Shown here piece after piece: positions 38,707 through 50,196 of a stretch of 64,000 nucleotides of DNA. Source of the DNA: Thecamonas trahens ATCC 50062 (Eukaryota; Protista; Apusomonadida); contig NW_013657658.1 in NCBI RefSeq assembly GCF_000142905.1, forward strand, positions 1 to 64,000, given 5' to 3'. Under the pieces are notes generated by a model, which was given only the letters and a program-made list of their open reading frames with translations, had not been told where the DNA came from and did no database searches. Numbering within the stretch: position 1 is the stretch's first letter; every line of letters starts with the position of its first letter. The position numbers were made by a program, and so were the translations under genes.

Positions 38707-41111
38707 TCACCGCCTGCGTCGCCCGCGGACCTTGGCGCGGTACACGCCGGGTGCCTCCTCGCGGAACGAGATGCGGTTGTCACGAAAGTAGCGGACAACG
38801 GCCGGCCGAATCTTAGCCTTGGTCTTGGAGTGGTTGCCGACGCCGGTGATGACCCGCACGCCGCAGTTGGGCTCGTTGCAGCTCCGCCGGTGCTGGAGCA
38901 GGTAGCGGGCGAGCACATTGATGGCCTCCTTCTCAAACAGGCCGTGCAGGTCAAGCGAGTGGCCGGTGGCCGAGAACGCGTCCTGCGCGCCAAGGATCGA
39001 GCTCACGCGCTGTGCGTTGACCTCACGCATCTCGACGTCGAGGGCGCGACCCTGCGAGGCGAGCCGCGAGGCGAGCGACTTGTTCCCGCTGCGGAACGCC
39101 TGCGCCGCTGCCGCAAACGCAGCGTTGCGCTGCCGCGCGAGCGCGTTGGCCTCGCGGCACATGGCATCGGTCTCGCCCGCACTCCGCGCCGGTGCCGCCG
39201 CATTGAGATGCGCAAACTGCGACCGTCGGTACGGCTCGGCCGCCACCGGCCGCACAAGCAAGACCGGCCGTGGGCGCGCCGCAAGCGCCGCTGCCTCGGC
39301 CGCCGCTGCTGCTGCTGCTTCCGCCCGCCGCTTCGCCTCGGCCTTGGCTCGCCGCTTCGCCACCATGGCATGGACGCCCGGGTACACGCGCGCCAGCGTC
39401 TCCACCGTCGCGTCGACATCAAACTCGAGCGAGTCAAACGTCTCGTCAATGACCGCTGCAGGCACCTCTGTATACTGCAGCTCGTCGTGGAGCCGCGCCC
39501 GCCGCATCCGCACTGCCATCGATACCTTGGTCAGGCCGCTGCCGCTGCTGCTCGCCCGCGGGCCGACGTACTTGATCCGCGGTCCGACCGCACCGCGGGT
39601 GTGCCGCGCCCACGTCCCGCGCGTCGACAGCGCCGTCTGCCTCCCGCCAAGTGCAGGAAACTCGGCGTCGCCTGCGCCAGTGCCTGCGCCTGCGCCTGCA
39701 CTACTGCTGCTGGCCAGATCCTCCGCCACCATCGCCGCCAGCGACGACGTCGCCGCCTCAACGTCGCCGCCGGCAGACTCCAGGACAGCCACCACCGTCG
39801 ACGGCTCCACGTCCTCAAACGTGGCGCAGAGCTTGGCCACGAGCCCGTCGTCAAGCACAACCTCCTCCGCCTCGCCGCCGCCCTGGCTCGAGTGGTCGGT
39901 CCCGTGGATGAGATCAAGGGCAAGGTCGAGCGCGTCGCCGAGCGCCCCGCCGGCGTCTTCCCATACCACCGCCAGTGCCTCGTCATCCACGTCCGGAAAC
40001 ATGGCCGAGAACATATCAAAGTCGCTCTCGGCTGCCGCAAGCTTAGCCACGGGCGATGTCAGCGAGCCGGCCGCAAACTCAGTGTCCAGCCCGGCCACCA
40101 CCAACCCGATCGACGCGCTCGCCGCCTTCCGGCCCCACCCCGACGAGCTCATCGCTACCACACTCGAGCTTGCATCCGCGAGCGCGTGTCGTGCCGTCGC
40201 CACTCGCCCGTCCGCACCGTCCAGCGCCGCCGCCACTGCGTTGAGGTCGGCCTCTGGAAACTCGCTGCCAAGCACTGCAAGATCCATCTCGCGCTGCTGC
40301 GCCTTGTGCGGCTCTAACTCGGGTGCACGCTCTGCTCTCGCGGCGACTGGACCTGCGGCGAGAGCATGCTCAGCTGCTCAGCTGCCACCTCGGCATCGCC
40401 GTCGCACTCATCGAGCACCATGGCAACAACTGCGGCGTCGACTGAGGGAAAGTGCTCCGCAAGCGCCATGCAAGTATCGGGCCGCCCGCCGATGGCGTCT
40501 TGCTCATCGCGGTCCTCGCCGTCTTCGCCACCACCACAATCCTCACCGTCGGGCGTAAACTCGGCAAGCAGCGCGAGCACAGCGTCCACCTTGTAGCCCT
40601 CGTCCTCGAGCAAGACCGCAGCGGCGGCGGCATCCAGATGCGGAAAGCGGGCGAGGACCTCGTTCACCGCCGCCTCGACGTCGACCTCGACTCGCGCCGC
40701 GTGCTCCCGCGCATCGGCAGCAAGGACAACAAGAGACCGGGTTGCTTCCTCTACATCGCCGGCAGCCTCGCTCAGCAGAGCTTCCACCAGCCCGGCATCG
40801 ACAGCCGGGAAGGCGTTGACCAGCTCGGCCACATCCGCCGGATCGAGAACATGATCAGCACCGGAACGATGATGCTCGGCTCGATCCGCCGTCTGAGTCA
40901 GAACCAACATGGCCAGGATGTCCCGTGCAGCGCGTGCGTTGCCGTCTTCGCTGTGATACACCTCGGCCACAGTCTCCCCGTCGAGCGTCGGGTACGCCTC
41001 CTGCAGCCGCCGCACCTCGTCACGGACACGCTTCCCGCCCCGTCGAACCTCGGTCGGCACCGCTATTGTCACAGCCATACGTTCAGGTGGCTCGCGTTCA
41101 TACCGAGCCAT
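38707..41111 (-). CDS. Multi-CUE + DUF1771 + Smr endonuclease (Cue2/N4BP2/NONU-1-like); frame break at ~40322
   Basis: About 8 CUE repeats (L---FP--D---V---L----GDV--A---L), RNAAF--A-QAF-SG---A--L---G (DUF1771), LDLHGL--KEA..VITGVGNHS (Smr). Confidence 0.88.
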
Positions 41112-41566
41112 GATGGTTGAAGGCTTGGGGATGGGTGTGCCCGGGTGGCTCGCCCGTCTCCCCGTCCTCCGTCCGACGTGTCGCCATTGACTGACCCAAA
41201 TCCCTCGTCCCGCCCGCCTGGTTCGATGAACAGCTCTACAAGGGGCGATACTGGGTGGTTTTTGTTACAGTTGGTACCACTAGCACGGCCATGTGCTTGG
41301 CTTGCGATAGCTGTCGGTGATGGACGGTTTCTCCTACAGAGTCTGGTTGCTATGAGCCAGGATGTCGGGCTATGTTTACTATGTCACGATCATGCGGATC
41401 GTTTTTTTGCCAACAACTTCCACCATCTGGCCCACCCAGCCCTCACCACCACGGGCACCGGCCCCATCACCTTCCCGGACCATTGCCGACACCTTCCCTA
41501 CCACCATTCCAGCCCAGACCCTCGCCCTGTTGGCTCCCATCTGCAACAGGGCCCAGCAACCAGGCT

Positions 41567-41631
41567 GCAATCGGGCGCGGCAATCGGGTGCTGCAATCGG
41601 GCGCGGCAATCGGGCGCGGCATCTGGGCGCG
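41567..41631 (+). repeat. 13-bp minisatellite (GCAATCGGGCGCG)x5
   Basis: Three exact and two variant copies in tandem. Confidence 0.9.
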
Positions 41632-41912
41632 ACAACCCATGCAGCAGCATCGCTACCGCCAGGCTACGGCAGCATCCTTTCTCACTCTCGATCAATCTCC
41701 TCCCCCTTTCCTCCCCATCCCCCATCCCCCCCATCCCCCCATCCCCCATCCCCCATCCCCAACAATTTTTCCCCCCTCACCCCCCACCCGCATCCCCGCC
41801 TCCCCACCCGAAAGTCTGCCCAGCTGTGCCCTCCCGCCGACAGACCACGCCACCCCACGCCCCCCCCTCCCCCCTCACCCCCCCCCAACCCGCCACTCTA
41901 CCCACACGCAGC

Positions 41913-44900
41913 ATGCGGAGGAGATTCGCACGACGGATGCACAGCGCACCGTCTGAGAGCATGACACCGCTCACGCGTGCGTGTCTCGTGGGCGACGTGG
42001 ACGCTGTGCGGCAGGAGCTGGGAGAGCCGGCGACGGCGTCACGCGAGCTTCGTCGACGGAATCTGGACGGACGGACGGCGGCATTTGCGGCTGTTCTGGG
42101 AGGACATGGTCACGTGATCAAGGTGCTGCTGGAGGAGTATCGGCTGGCAAGAGAGACGGCTGCGCTGAGCGATCGCTTTGGTCTCTCGCTCATCCATATG
42201 GCCGCATACGTCCGCTCGCCCTCGCTCATCTCGCTCCTTATCGAGGCTGATATCATGCCGCTTCGCCCGGACAAGGCCCACAGATCGCCGCTGCATCTCG
42301 CCCTCACTCCGGCCGCTGCAGCACGTGTGTCTGTTGCGGCCTCGTCGTCTGCTGCATCTGCTGTGGCGCCGCTTGCTGGGGACACGCCGCAAGGCCCCGG
42401 CGACTCGCGGCTGGCCTGGCTGCATCTGTTGCTCGACACCGACGGCATCGATGTCAACGGCAAGGACGCCAATGGTGTGACGCCGTTAATGATGGCTGTC
42501 CTGCTCGACGACGTCGACATTGTCAAGGTCCTCCTCGCTGCCAGCGGAGACATCGAGCTCTGCGACGCCCGCGGCCGCAACATCTTCCACTACGCCGCCT
42601 ACGGCGGTTTTCGGGTCTACTCCTTCTTGACTGCAGTAGCCACGCCTGCGCAGGTCGACCGGATGTTGGCTGCGCCTGATGCATGTGGCGCGCTCCCGAT
42701 CTCGGCCGCCATCGCCGCTCTCCACCTTGACGTTGTCGTCGACCTTGTCGATGTCCGCGGCTTTCGAGTCGACACCCTGGATGCTCGCGGCCGCTCGCTG
42801 CTCTACACCGCGGCGGCGGCGGCATCGGGCCCAGCCGCCCGCAAGCTTGTTGACCGCGAGTCGGAACTTGTCATCCGCGCGCTCGCCGCGCGCGGCGGGC
42901 TCCTGCCACACTCGCCGCCCGTCCCGCACCCGGTCCAGATTGCGCTTGCCAACGGCGACGTGGCCACCGCCCAAGTCCTCGCCTCAGAGCTCCGCGATGC
43001 CGGGCACCCGGTCGATGTAGTTGACGCCGCCGGCCGGTCGCTCGTCCACTACGCGGCGCTCCGCGGCCACGTGCCGGCGGTACTCGAGGCGCTGGCCCTA
43101 CTCGACGCGCCTGACGCGCCCGATGCCGCACCGGTCAACCGCGCCGACACCACAGGCATCACCGCAGCTCACATGGCCGCCGGCGCCGGAAACATCCCGC
43201 TCCTGCAGGCGGTGGTGGCGCAGGGCGCGAACCTAGCCGGCCTAGCCGCGTCGGGCCTCTCGCCGCTACATGTTGCCGCGCTCTCGGGTCACTCCAAGGT
43301 TGTGGCCTTTCTCCTCGACGCCGGCGTCCGCGCCGAGGCCCGCGCATCGCGGAGCGCGCACCTGGTCACCGCACTGCACCTTGCCGCGCTTGGTGGCGCA
43401 CGCGACGTCATTACCGCCATCCTTGACGCCGACAAAAGCGCATCTTCGTCGCTGCTGGCCCTGCCCGACGCTCTCGGCCGCCTTCCGCTGCACTGGGCGG
43501 CGCTCGGCGGCTCGCTGCCCTGCTTTGACGCCCTCGTTCGCCACGCCGACCAACTCGACGCCCGCGACGCGCTCGGCATGACCCCGCTCGCACTCGCCGT
43601 CCAGTGTGGACACGAGGAAATGGCCGAGCAGCTGCTGAGCAGGAGCGTGAAGCTCACCACCATCGACGTCTACGGACGGAGCCCGCTTCACTACGCCGCC
43701 CGCAACTGCCACCGCGACATGATCCGTGCCCTCGTCTCTGACGACGACATGGTGCCGGCGCTGATGGTGCCCGACTCGTTGGGCTGGACCCCGCTGTTCG
43801 AGGCCGTCCTCGCCGCCGACGAGCGTGCCGTCCGCATCCTCCTCCGCGCCCTGGATGACGGCGCCGCCTCGGACGCACCGGCTGCACTCTTTGCGCCCGA
43901 CGCCACCGGCGCCTCAGTCGTCCACATTGCGGCTTTTGCCGGCAAACCGGGCGTTCTCGAGCTGCTCATGGACGAGGTTGATCCCGAAAGCGCACCGTAC
44001 AACGCCGCCGACGCCCACGGTTGCACTCCGCTGCACTACAGCGTCCTCGGAGCCGCCCGCCGGGCCATCGCCGTCACCCCGGGTGATCTGCACCCGCGCC
44101 TCGCGGTCGGCCGCTGCGGCGGCGACGACTCAGACTCGGACACAGACTCAGAGCCGTCGTTCGACTCGGGCAACGGCGGCGGCTCGTCCGATGACGAGGC
44201 AGACGCCCTCGCCGCCCTCGCCCTGGCTGTCGAGGACTCGGTCCTCCGTGTCCTTGACGATGCCGGCGCCAACCTCGACGCCGCCGACGCGCTCGGCCGC
44301 ACCTCGCTCCACTACGCCGCCCTCCTCTCCGAGCCGACCTCCATCGCCATCCTCTGCGACCTTGGGGCAACGACCACTCTGCCGGACGCCCGCGGTCTCC
44401 CGCCGCTCGGCGCCGCCGTCGTCGCCGGCCACCCGCGCGCCGTCGAGGCTCTACTTGCCGGTGGAGCTCCGGCGCTCACCCGCAACACCGCCCTCGAGAC
44501 GCCGCTGCACCTCGCCGCTGGCAAGAGCGACGCCACACTGCTCGACATGCTCCTCCGCGAGTTGCTTGACGACGACGACGACGACGACGATGATGATGAT
44601 GATGATGATGTTGATGACGGCGACGACGATGACGCCAACACTACTCTTTTTGAGGATGCCCAGATGTCGTTTGACGCCGCACCGGGCTCGCTTGGCGCGC
44701 TGGTTGTCGGCCAGTCGGCGGTCGATGTTGAAGACGTGTGGGGCCAGACCGCGCTCCACGTCGCGGCCGCCGTTGGCTCACTCGAGTGCGCCGAACTGCT
44801 GCTCCGCGCTGGCGCTTCGCCAGACGCGCTGGACGCGGTCGGGCGGAGCCCGCTCCACACCGCCCTCCTCTACACTCGTGGTAACGAGGCCGAGGTCGAG

Positions 44901-45692
44901 CCGAAGCTCGCGCTCGTCGAGGCTCTTGGCTCGGCCGAGCGTGCGGTTGCTGCCGACGCCGCGGGTTCGACGCCCATCCACGCCGCCGCCGCGGCCGGAG
45001 ACACGGCCGTCCTCTCTGCGCTGGCGGCTCTCGTGCCGGATGCCTCAGTCGTGGCGTGGCTCACCGATGCAAGCGAGCTCTCTCCGCTCGGCGTCGCCGT
45101 CCTCTACGGGCACACCGACGCCGCGTTGCAGCTGCTGCGTCTCGGTGGGCAGCCAGTCCACGCGGTGTACTCGACCGGACTCTCGGTCCTCGCCATTGCC
45201 GCCATCCGCAATGTACCGGCAGTCGTCGACGCCATCCTCGACGCGATTGCTCTCGAGAGCGGTGATGCGCTCAGCCTCGTCCTCCAGGTGCCGCTTCACG
45301 CCGATCACACCGCGCTCGAGCTCGCGGCTCGGCATAGCGCGTTTGGCGTCGTCGACACCCTTGTCCACCGCGCAGTCGCCGCGTCCGTCAAGGACCACCC
45401 ACCGCTCCGCCTCGTCGCCGACTCGCTCGCGCCCGCCGACCTCGTCCATCTCCTGGTCTCACTCGGCTCACCGCACGCCGTCGTGGCCAGCGTCAAGCGC
45501 TGGGCTGGCCTCGATGACACGGACGGGCCAGCAGAGGCCGTCTCGCTTGGCAAGACCATTGCTCCTTGTCCAGCGACTAGCTCGTCGACAGCCTGGTTCT
45601 GGTGGCTCGGTGCGGCTGTGGCGGTCACCAGTCTCGCCGGCATCAGCTACTGGCTTATGGCGCGCACCGCTGGCGAGCAGCGGCCGTTGTAA
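41913..45692 (+). CDS. Large ankyrin-repeat protein with poly-Asp tract and C-terminal TM anchor
   Basis: More than 20 G-T/SPLH-AA--G repeats, acidic inserts, terminal WFWWLGAAVAVTSLAGISYWLM helix. The start codon is uncertain. Confidence 0.9.
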   Translation: MRRRFARRMHSAPSESMTPLTRACLVGDVDAVRQELGEPATASRELRRRNLDGRTAAFAAVLGGHGHVIKVLLEEYRLARETAALSDRFGLSLIHMAAYVRSPSLISLLIEADIMPLRPDKAHRSPLHLALTPAAAARVSVAASSSAASAVAPLAGDTPQGPGDSRLAWLHLLLDTDGIDVNGKDANGVTPLMMAVLLDDVDIVKVLLAASGDIELCDARGRNIFHYAAYGGFRVYSFLTAVATPAQVDRMLAAPDACGALPISAAIAALHLDVVVDLVDVRGFRVDTLDARGRSLLYTAAAAASGPAARKLVDRESELVIRALAARGGLLPHSPPVPHPVQIALANGDVATAQVLASELRDAGHPVDVVDAAGRSLVHYAALRGHVPAVLEALALLDAPDAPDAAPVNRADTTGITAAHMAAGAGNIPLLQAVVAQGANLAGLAASGLSPLHVAALSGHSKVVAFLLDAGVRAEARASRSAHLVTALHLAALGGARDVITAILDADKSASSSLLALPDALGRLPLHWAALGGSLPCFDALVRHADQLDARDALGMTPLALAVQCGHEEMAEQLLSRSVKLTTIDVYGRSPLHYAARNCHRDMIRALVSDDDMVPALMVPDSLGWTPLFEAVLAADERAVRILLRALDDGAASDAPAALFAPDATGASVVHIAAFAGKPGVLELLMDEVDPESAPYNAADAHGCTPLHYSVLGAARRAIAVTPGDLHPRLAVGRCGGDDSDSDTDSEPSFDSGNGGGSSDDEADALAALALAVEDSVLRVLDDAGANLDAADALGRTSLHYAALLSEPTSIAILCDLGATTTLPDARGLPPLGAAVVAGHPRAVEALLAGGAPALTRNTALETPLHLAAGKSDATLLDMLLRELLDDDDDDDDDDDDDDVDDGDDDDANTTLFEDAQMSFDAAPGSLGALVVGQSAVDVEDVWGQTALHVAAAVGSLECAELLLRAGASPDALDAVGRSPLHTALLYTRGNEAEVEPKLALVEALGSAERAVAADAAGSTPIHAAAAAGDTAVLSALAALVPDASVVAWLTDASELSPLGVAVLYGHTDAALQLLRLGGQPVHAVYSTGLSVLAIAAIRNVPAVVDAILDAIALESGDALSLVLQVPLHADHTALELAARHSAFGVVDTLVHRAVAASVKDHPPLRLVADSLAPADLVHLLVSLGSPHAVVASVKRWAGLDDTDGPAEAVSLGKTIAPCPATSSSTAWFWWLGAAVAVTSLAGISYWLMARTAGEQRPL

Positions 45693-45727
45693 AGTTCTGA
45701 CATGTGCGCTGCTGGCAGGCTTTATCG

Positions 45728-48700
45728 TCAGGTCCGCGGCTCGACCTTGAGCGACTTTTGGTACAGCTCCTCGTCAGCGTCCGGGTAGGTCTGGACGGCG
45801 CGCTCGATGTCCTTCTGCAGCCACATGTGGTGTGACATCTCGACGACGACGTCGTCGTAGCCGATGTCTTGGTACCGCTGGATCTCGCGGAGGATGGCGG
45901 CGTAGCGGCGACACTTTGTAAAGTTGATGAGGCCGTCGATGGTTGACGGGTTGCCGTCCTCGGTAAATGTCAGGTCGGTGAGGTACATGCCGAGGTAGGG
46001 GATGACCGGCGGGTTGACGGCGTGGATCCGCTCGCGGAGCGCCTTCCACGACTTTGCTGACGAGAAGACGTCGACAAGGCCCTCGCGCTTGTTGTGGGTC
46101 TTGTTGTCGACCTTGGCCCATGTGACCTGCAGCCGGTAGATGGCGTTGGAGGAGAGGCCGGCGAGAATGCCCATGGTGGCGTTAAAGTTGTGTCGCTCGT
46201 ACAGCTCGTGTGCGAGGTTGACCATCTTCTTGATGGCGCGCGCGCGGGCCGATGCGGCCTTGGACGCTGACTTTTCGCCGTCGCCGGCTTCCAGGATGGT
46301 CGCCGCCACCCACGTCGACATCTTGTTGAACCGCTGGACGAGGGCGAGGACGTTGGGCGATGACTGCTCGCGGCCGTCCTTGGACCATGCCAAGCCAAAG
46401 CACTCGCGCGGCTGGATGGCCTCAAAGACGCCAAACTCGTACGAGTTGATGCACGCCGCGAGCTTGCGGACGTCGGCCTTATCAAACGACTTGACCACGC
46501 CCGACCGCTTAGTCAGCTTCGGCAGCGTCGCCACCACGTTGAGCGAGGCCAGCCGCCGCTGCTTCTTGCTCGACGACTTGAATTTGCGAAGGACCGAGAG
46601 GAAGAGCTTGTGCTGCGACGGAACGTGAACCTTGAGAATTGACTCCATAAAGCCGCGGAGCAGCTGTCCGGCGACAGGCGCCTCGGCAAAGTCCTGCACG
46701 TACGTAGAGACCCAAATGCGGAGAAAGTTGATGACCCGGAGCCGGATCGGCCGCACAACCTTGGCCTGGAACTCGGCCTCGTGCTCGGGCTCGAGCTTGA
46801 CCGGGCACGAGATGCAGAACCGCTCCAGAATGAGCGACATGACGTCTTCGGGCTCGGCCACAGACCGGTAGGTGAGGAGAAACTCGTGCACAAACTCGGT
46901 GGCCGGATACGTTGGAAACGTCAGGTGCTGCACCAGGTGCGGCAACGTGGCGGCCTTGATCTTGGGCTCGGGCGACGTCAGCGTGTCCGGCATAAACTTG
47001 ATAAACGGCGAGTCGGCCACCGTCGTGTGCTCCGCGAGGAGCGTGGCAAGCATGGCAGCCGACGAAAAGCCGGCGCCGCCTGTACCGTCCTCGCTACGCA
47101 GGAGCGACATCGTCAGCCGTGCTCGCCCCTGCTCGCGCTCCACCATCAGCAACATGATCTCCGACTTGATCCGCGCTTCCATGGCGTCCACCAAGCCAGT
47201 CTCGTTGGCGGCGTTGGCCACCGCTGCCTCGGCCCGCTCTCGCTGCACCTCTGCCAGCGGTAGCGGCGAGAGCTGCGGCTCCACCTCGGGCACCTCCACA
47301 AGCCTCACGGTCTTACGGCCATCGGTCGGCCAGCTGACAACGCCGCCGTCCGATGCCTTGTCGCCGGCACCGAGCGATTCCACCTCCAGATCGGGCCCGT
47401 ACTCGCGGAGTCTGGCGAGCGCGTCCTCGCGCGCAGCCAGCAGCTTGCGCCGGCTCACCAGCAGCTCTGCGTGCGACTCCAGGAGCTGGTGAGTGCGGGC
47501 GAGCGCCGCCTGGACTCCGCTCGCTCGCGGGACGAGCGCCTCTAGGTCCGGCTCCAACGCCGCCACCTTAGCCCGCAGCTTGGCCAGCCGCTGCGCCGCC
47601 ACATCGGCCGACGCCTCCAGCCGTGCAATCGTCAGCCGCGCCTGCACAATCGAGAGCACGTCCTCGGGCGTCACCGTGAGGTGCTGGTAGTCCTGGCTCA
47701 GAAGCCGCTCGGTCTCGGCCTTGACCGACGCCACCTCCGCCCGAAGCTCTGTGATGCCGGCCTGCAGCGCCGCATCCTGCTCGGTGAGGACGGCGGCTTC
47801 GGCGTCACCGCGCCGGAGAGGCACACCGCCACCAGCCGCGGGCGTCGCGACCTCGGCGTCGGCCACAAACGCCTCCACCTGGGCCAACCCACGCTCCAGC
47901 CACGCCTTGTGGCTCCGCAGCATGTCATTCTGACGGTGCCACGCCGCCGACGCTCGGTTTGCTTCGGTCAGCGCACGCACCTGCTGCACAAGCGACGACT
48001 TGGTTGCCATCAGCTCGGCGTACCTTGTCGATGCCGCCTCGCGCTGCTCGGCAAGCTCGGCAATCGCCGTCTGAGTCGCGTTGCGCGACGCCTTGAGCTC
48101 GACTACCCGTGTCTGCGTCGCCTCGAGCGCTGTCTGCACATGCTTGTTCTGCCGCTCCCACATCTTGGCGTTCTCCACAGATGCCGCCGCCGCCGCGTAC
48201 GAGTCTCGCAACGCCTCGGCATCAGCCTCGAGCTGCAGCGCCGTGTCCACCAGCGTCGTCTTTTCTGCCACATTAGCCTCCACCTCGGCCTCTAGTTCGG
48301 CAACTTTGGCCTTGGCTTCCTCCAGCGAGCTCGTCTTGCGGGTGATCGCCAGCTTGGCCGCCACCTTTTCCAGCACCACCACTCGTTGCGTCGACACCAG
48401 CGTCCGCATCAGTTGCAGCTGCCCACATGCCCACAGTAAAATGCCGTTAGTGACGTCATGCCGTGCCCATCCCCGCACCGTGGTCATCGGTCACCGATAC
48501 CCATTGCAAATCGTTTGCCCGTCCGCGCGTGCGCGTGAGTTGCTCCCGCCCCGGCGCTCGCCCGCCTCCCGCCTACCCACCCTCCCACCCTCCACCAACA
48601 CTCCCGTACGGCCCCCCTTCCCCCGCTCCCCCCTCCGCCCACCCTTCCACTCTCATGATATGTGCCACGGTACGTCAACCACCCTCTTTGGTGGTTACAG

Positions 48701-49304
48701 CCGTCCGGGAGGCGGGCAGGGGGGTGGCGTCAGCACAGGCAACAGGTTCAGCAAAAAGCCGTCAGCAACAGGTGGGTGATCTGATCATAACCCCCGCTTG
48801 CCGCCCCTCTCCCCCCCCCCCGCCCCCCGCCCCCCCGCCCCCTCCCCTTCCCCTCCCCCTCCCCTTCCCCCCTTCCTGCTGCACGTAGAGGCGTACATGT
48901 TCCTCGTTCTGCACGGGGATGGTGGAGAACCTCGCTTCATCCCGCTCTTCCAGTTGGAGCAAGAGGGCTTCATTGGCAGAGCGAAGAGCCTCAGCTTTGG
49001 CTTTGGACTCTTTGTAGTCGTCGACAATGGCTTGGATACGGGTACGGAGTTGGACCTTGGACTGGGTGAAGGAGGCCTGGACAGAGGACAGTTCTGCCTG
49101 AAGGCGTGCATTCTCCTCCCGCAACTCTTTCATACTACTCTCTTCTACTGCTGCCATCTCGGCTGCACCCACCGGAGTTGCGTGTCACTGGCTTGTTGTC
49201 GTCTCGGCCGCCTGTCGCCTGTCACCTTCCGCCTGCCGCCTGCCGCCCGCCCGCCTGCCCGCCTGTTGCTCACTCTCCCGCTCCCTTTTCTGATTTCTTG
49301 CCAT
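45728..49304 (-). CDS. Ras guanine-nucleotide exchange factor (REM + CDC25) with long coiled-coil N-terminus, multi-exon
   Basis: IKAATL--LV-HL, FLLTYRS, IRLRVINFLRIWV, I-PREC---AW-K, FNKMS-WV, NFN--M-I-AGL, PPVIPYLGMYLTDLTF-EDGNP, INF-K, LY-KSLKVEPR. Main exon follows CACTAAC...CAG at ~48420; upstream coiled-coil exon at ~48900-49162. The 5' exons are tentative. Confidence 0.9.
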
Positions 49305-49449
49305 TTTGAGCTCCTTCACTTGGACAGAGGCCAATATGTGGGTGGTAATTGGGGGGGGTGATGGGAGGTACCTGCCGCAGTGGCAGCGTACGGCGATTGG
49401 GGGGAGAGGGAGCGGGAGGGGTGCGTGCGTGCGCCGCCGCAATCAAGGC

Positions 49450-50196
49450 TCACAGGACGTTGTGATCGAGGGTGTGTGCGTTGACAAAGCCCGCCTCGCC
49501 GAACGGCAGGAGCTTAAAGACAATCTTGCCGACGAGGAGACCCATGGGGACGGGGCCCATGGAGCGCGAGTCTGTCGAGTTGGCCAGATTGTCGCCCTGC
49601 AGCCACACGTGGCCCGGCGGGATGCGGATGACCGAACTGGAGACGGTGGGATCGACCATGACCACATCCCCGGGCAGACCAAGCAAGCGCTTGCACATGC
49701 GCATCTTGGGATCAGAAGGCGACTTGAAGACCACGATGTCTCCCACCTCGATGTCTCCAAAGGTCACTGCCAGATGTGAGGTCACCACCACATCGCCCTC
49801 TACGTTAAAAGTGGGCAGCATTGATGGGCCGGAGCACTACCCTCGGTGCGAGTATGTCCGATGCGGATGCCGATAGGTGGTGGTGTTGTCGCCGTAGCCG
49901 GGAGCCGATGCGCGATATCGATACGCCATTGCCGATGCCGATGCCGATGCCGATGCCGATGCCGATGCCGATGCCGATGCCGATGCCGATGCCGATGCCG
50001 ATGCCGATGCCACTCGATGAGTCCCCTCTACTCTCCCCCTCCCCCCTCCCCCTCTCCCCCCCCCCCCCCCCCCCCCCTCCCCACTACGTACCACCGTGAT
50101 GTCAAAGACGTGCTCGGCAAGGGCGAGAAACCAGGCCGTGGCCAGCGCCGTGGAGCGGAACAGCGACCAAGCTGCTGCTCCCGGTGGACTCGCCAT
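49450..50196 (-). CDS. IMP1: Mitochondrial inner membrane protease subunit 1 (peptidase S26), two exons
   Basis: CSGPSMLPT (catalytic Ser), GDIVVF-SP-DP, CKRLLGLPGD (catalytic Lys), IPPGHVWLQGDN--NSTDSR-MGPVP-GL--GK. Intron GTACGT...GTAG at ~49837-50091. Confidence 0.92.
49929..50011. repeat. (GATGCC)n intronic microsatellite
   Basis: About 13 perfect copies inside the IMP1 intron. Confidence 0.95.
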
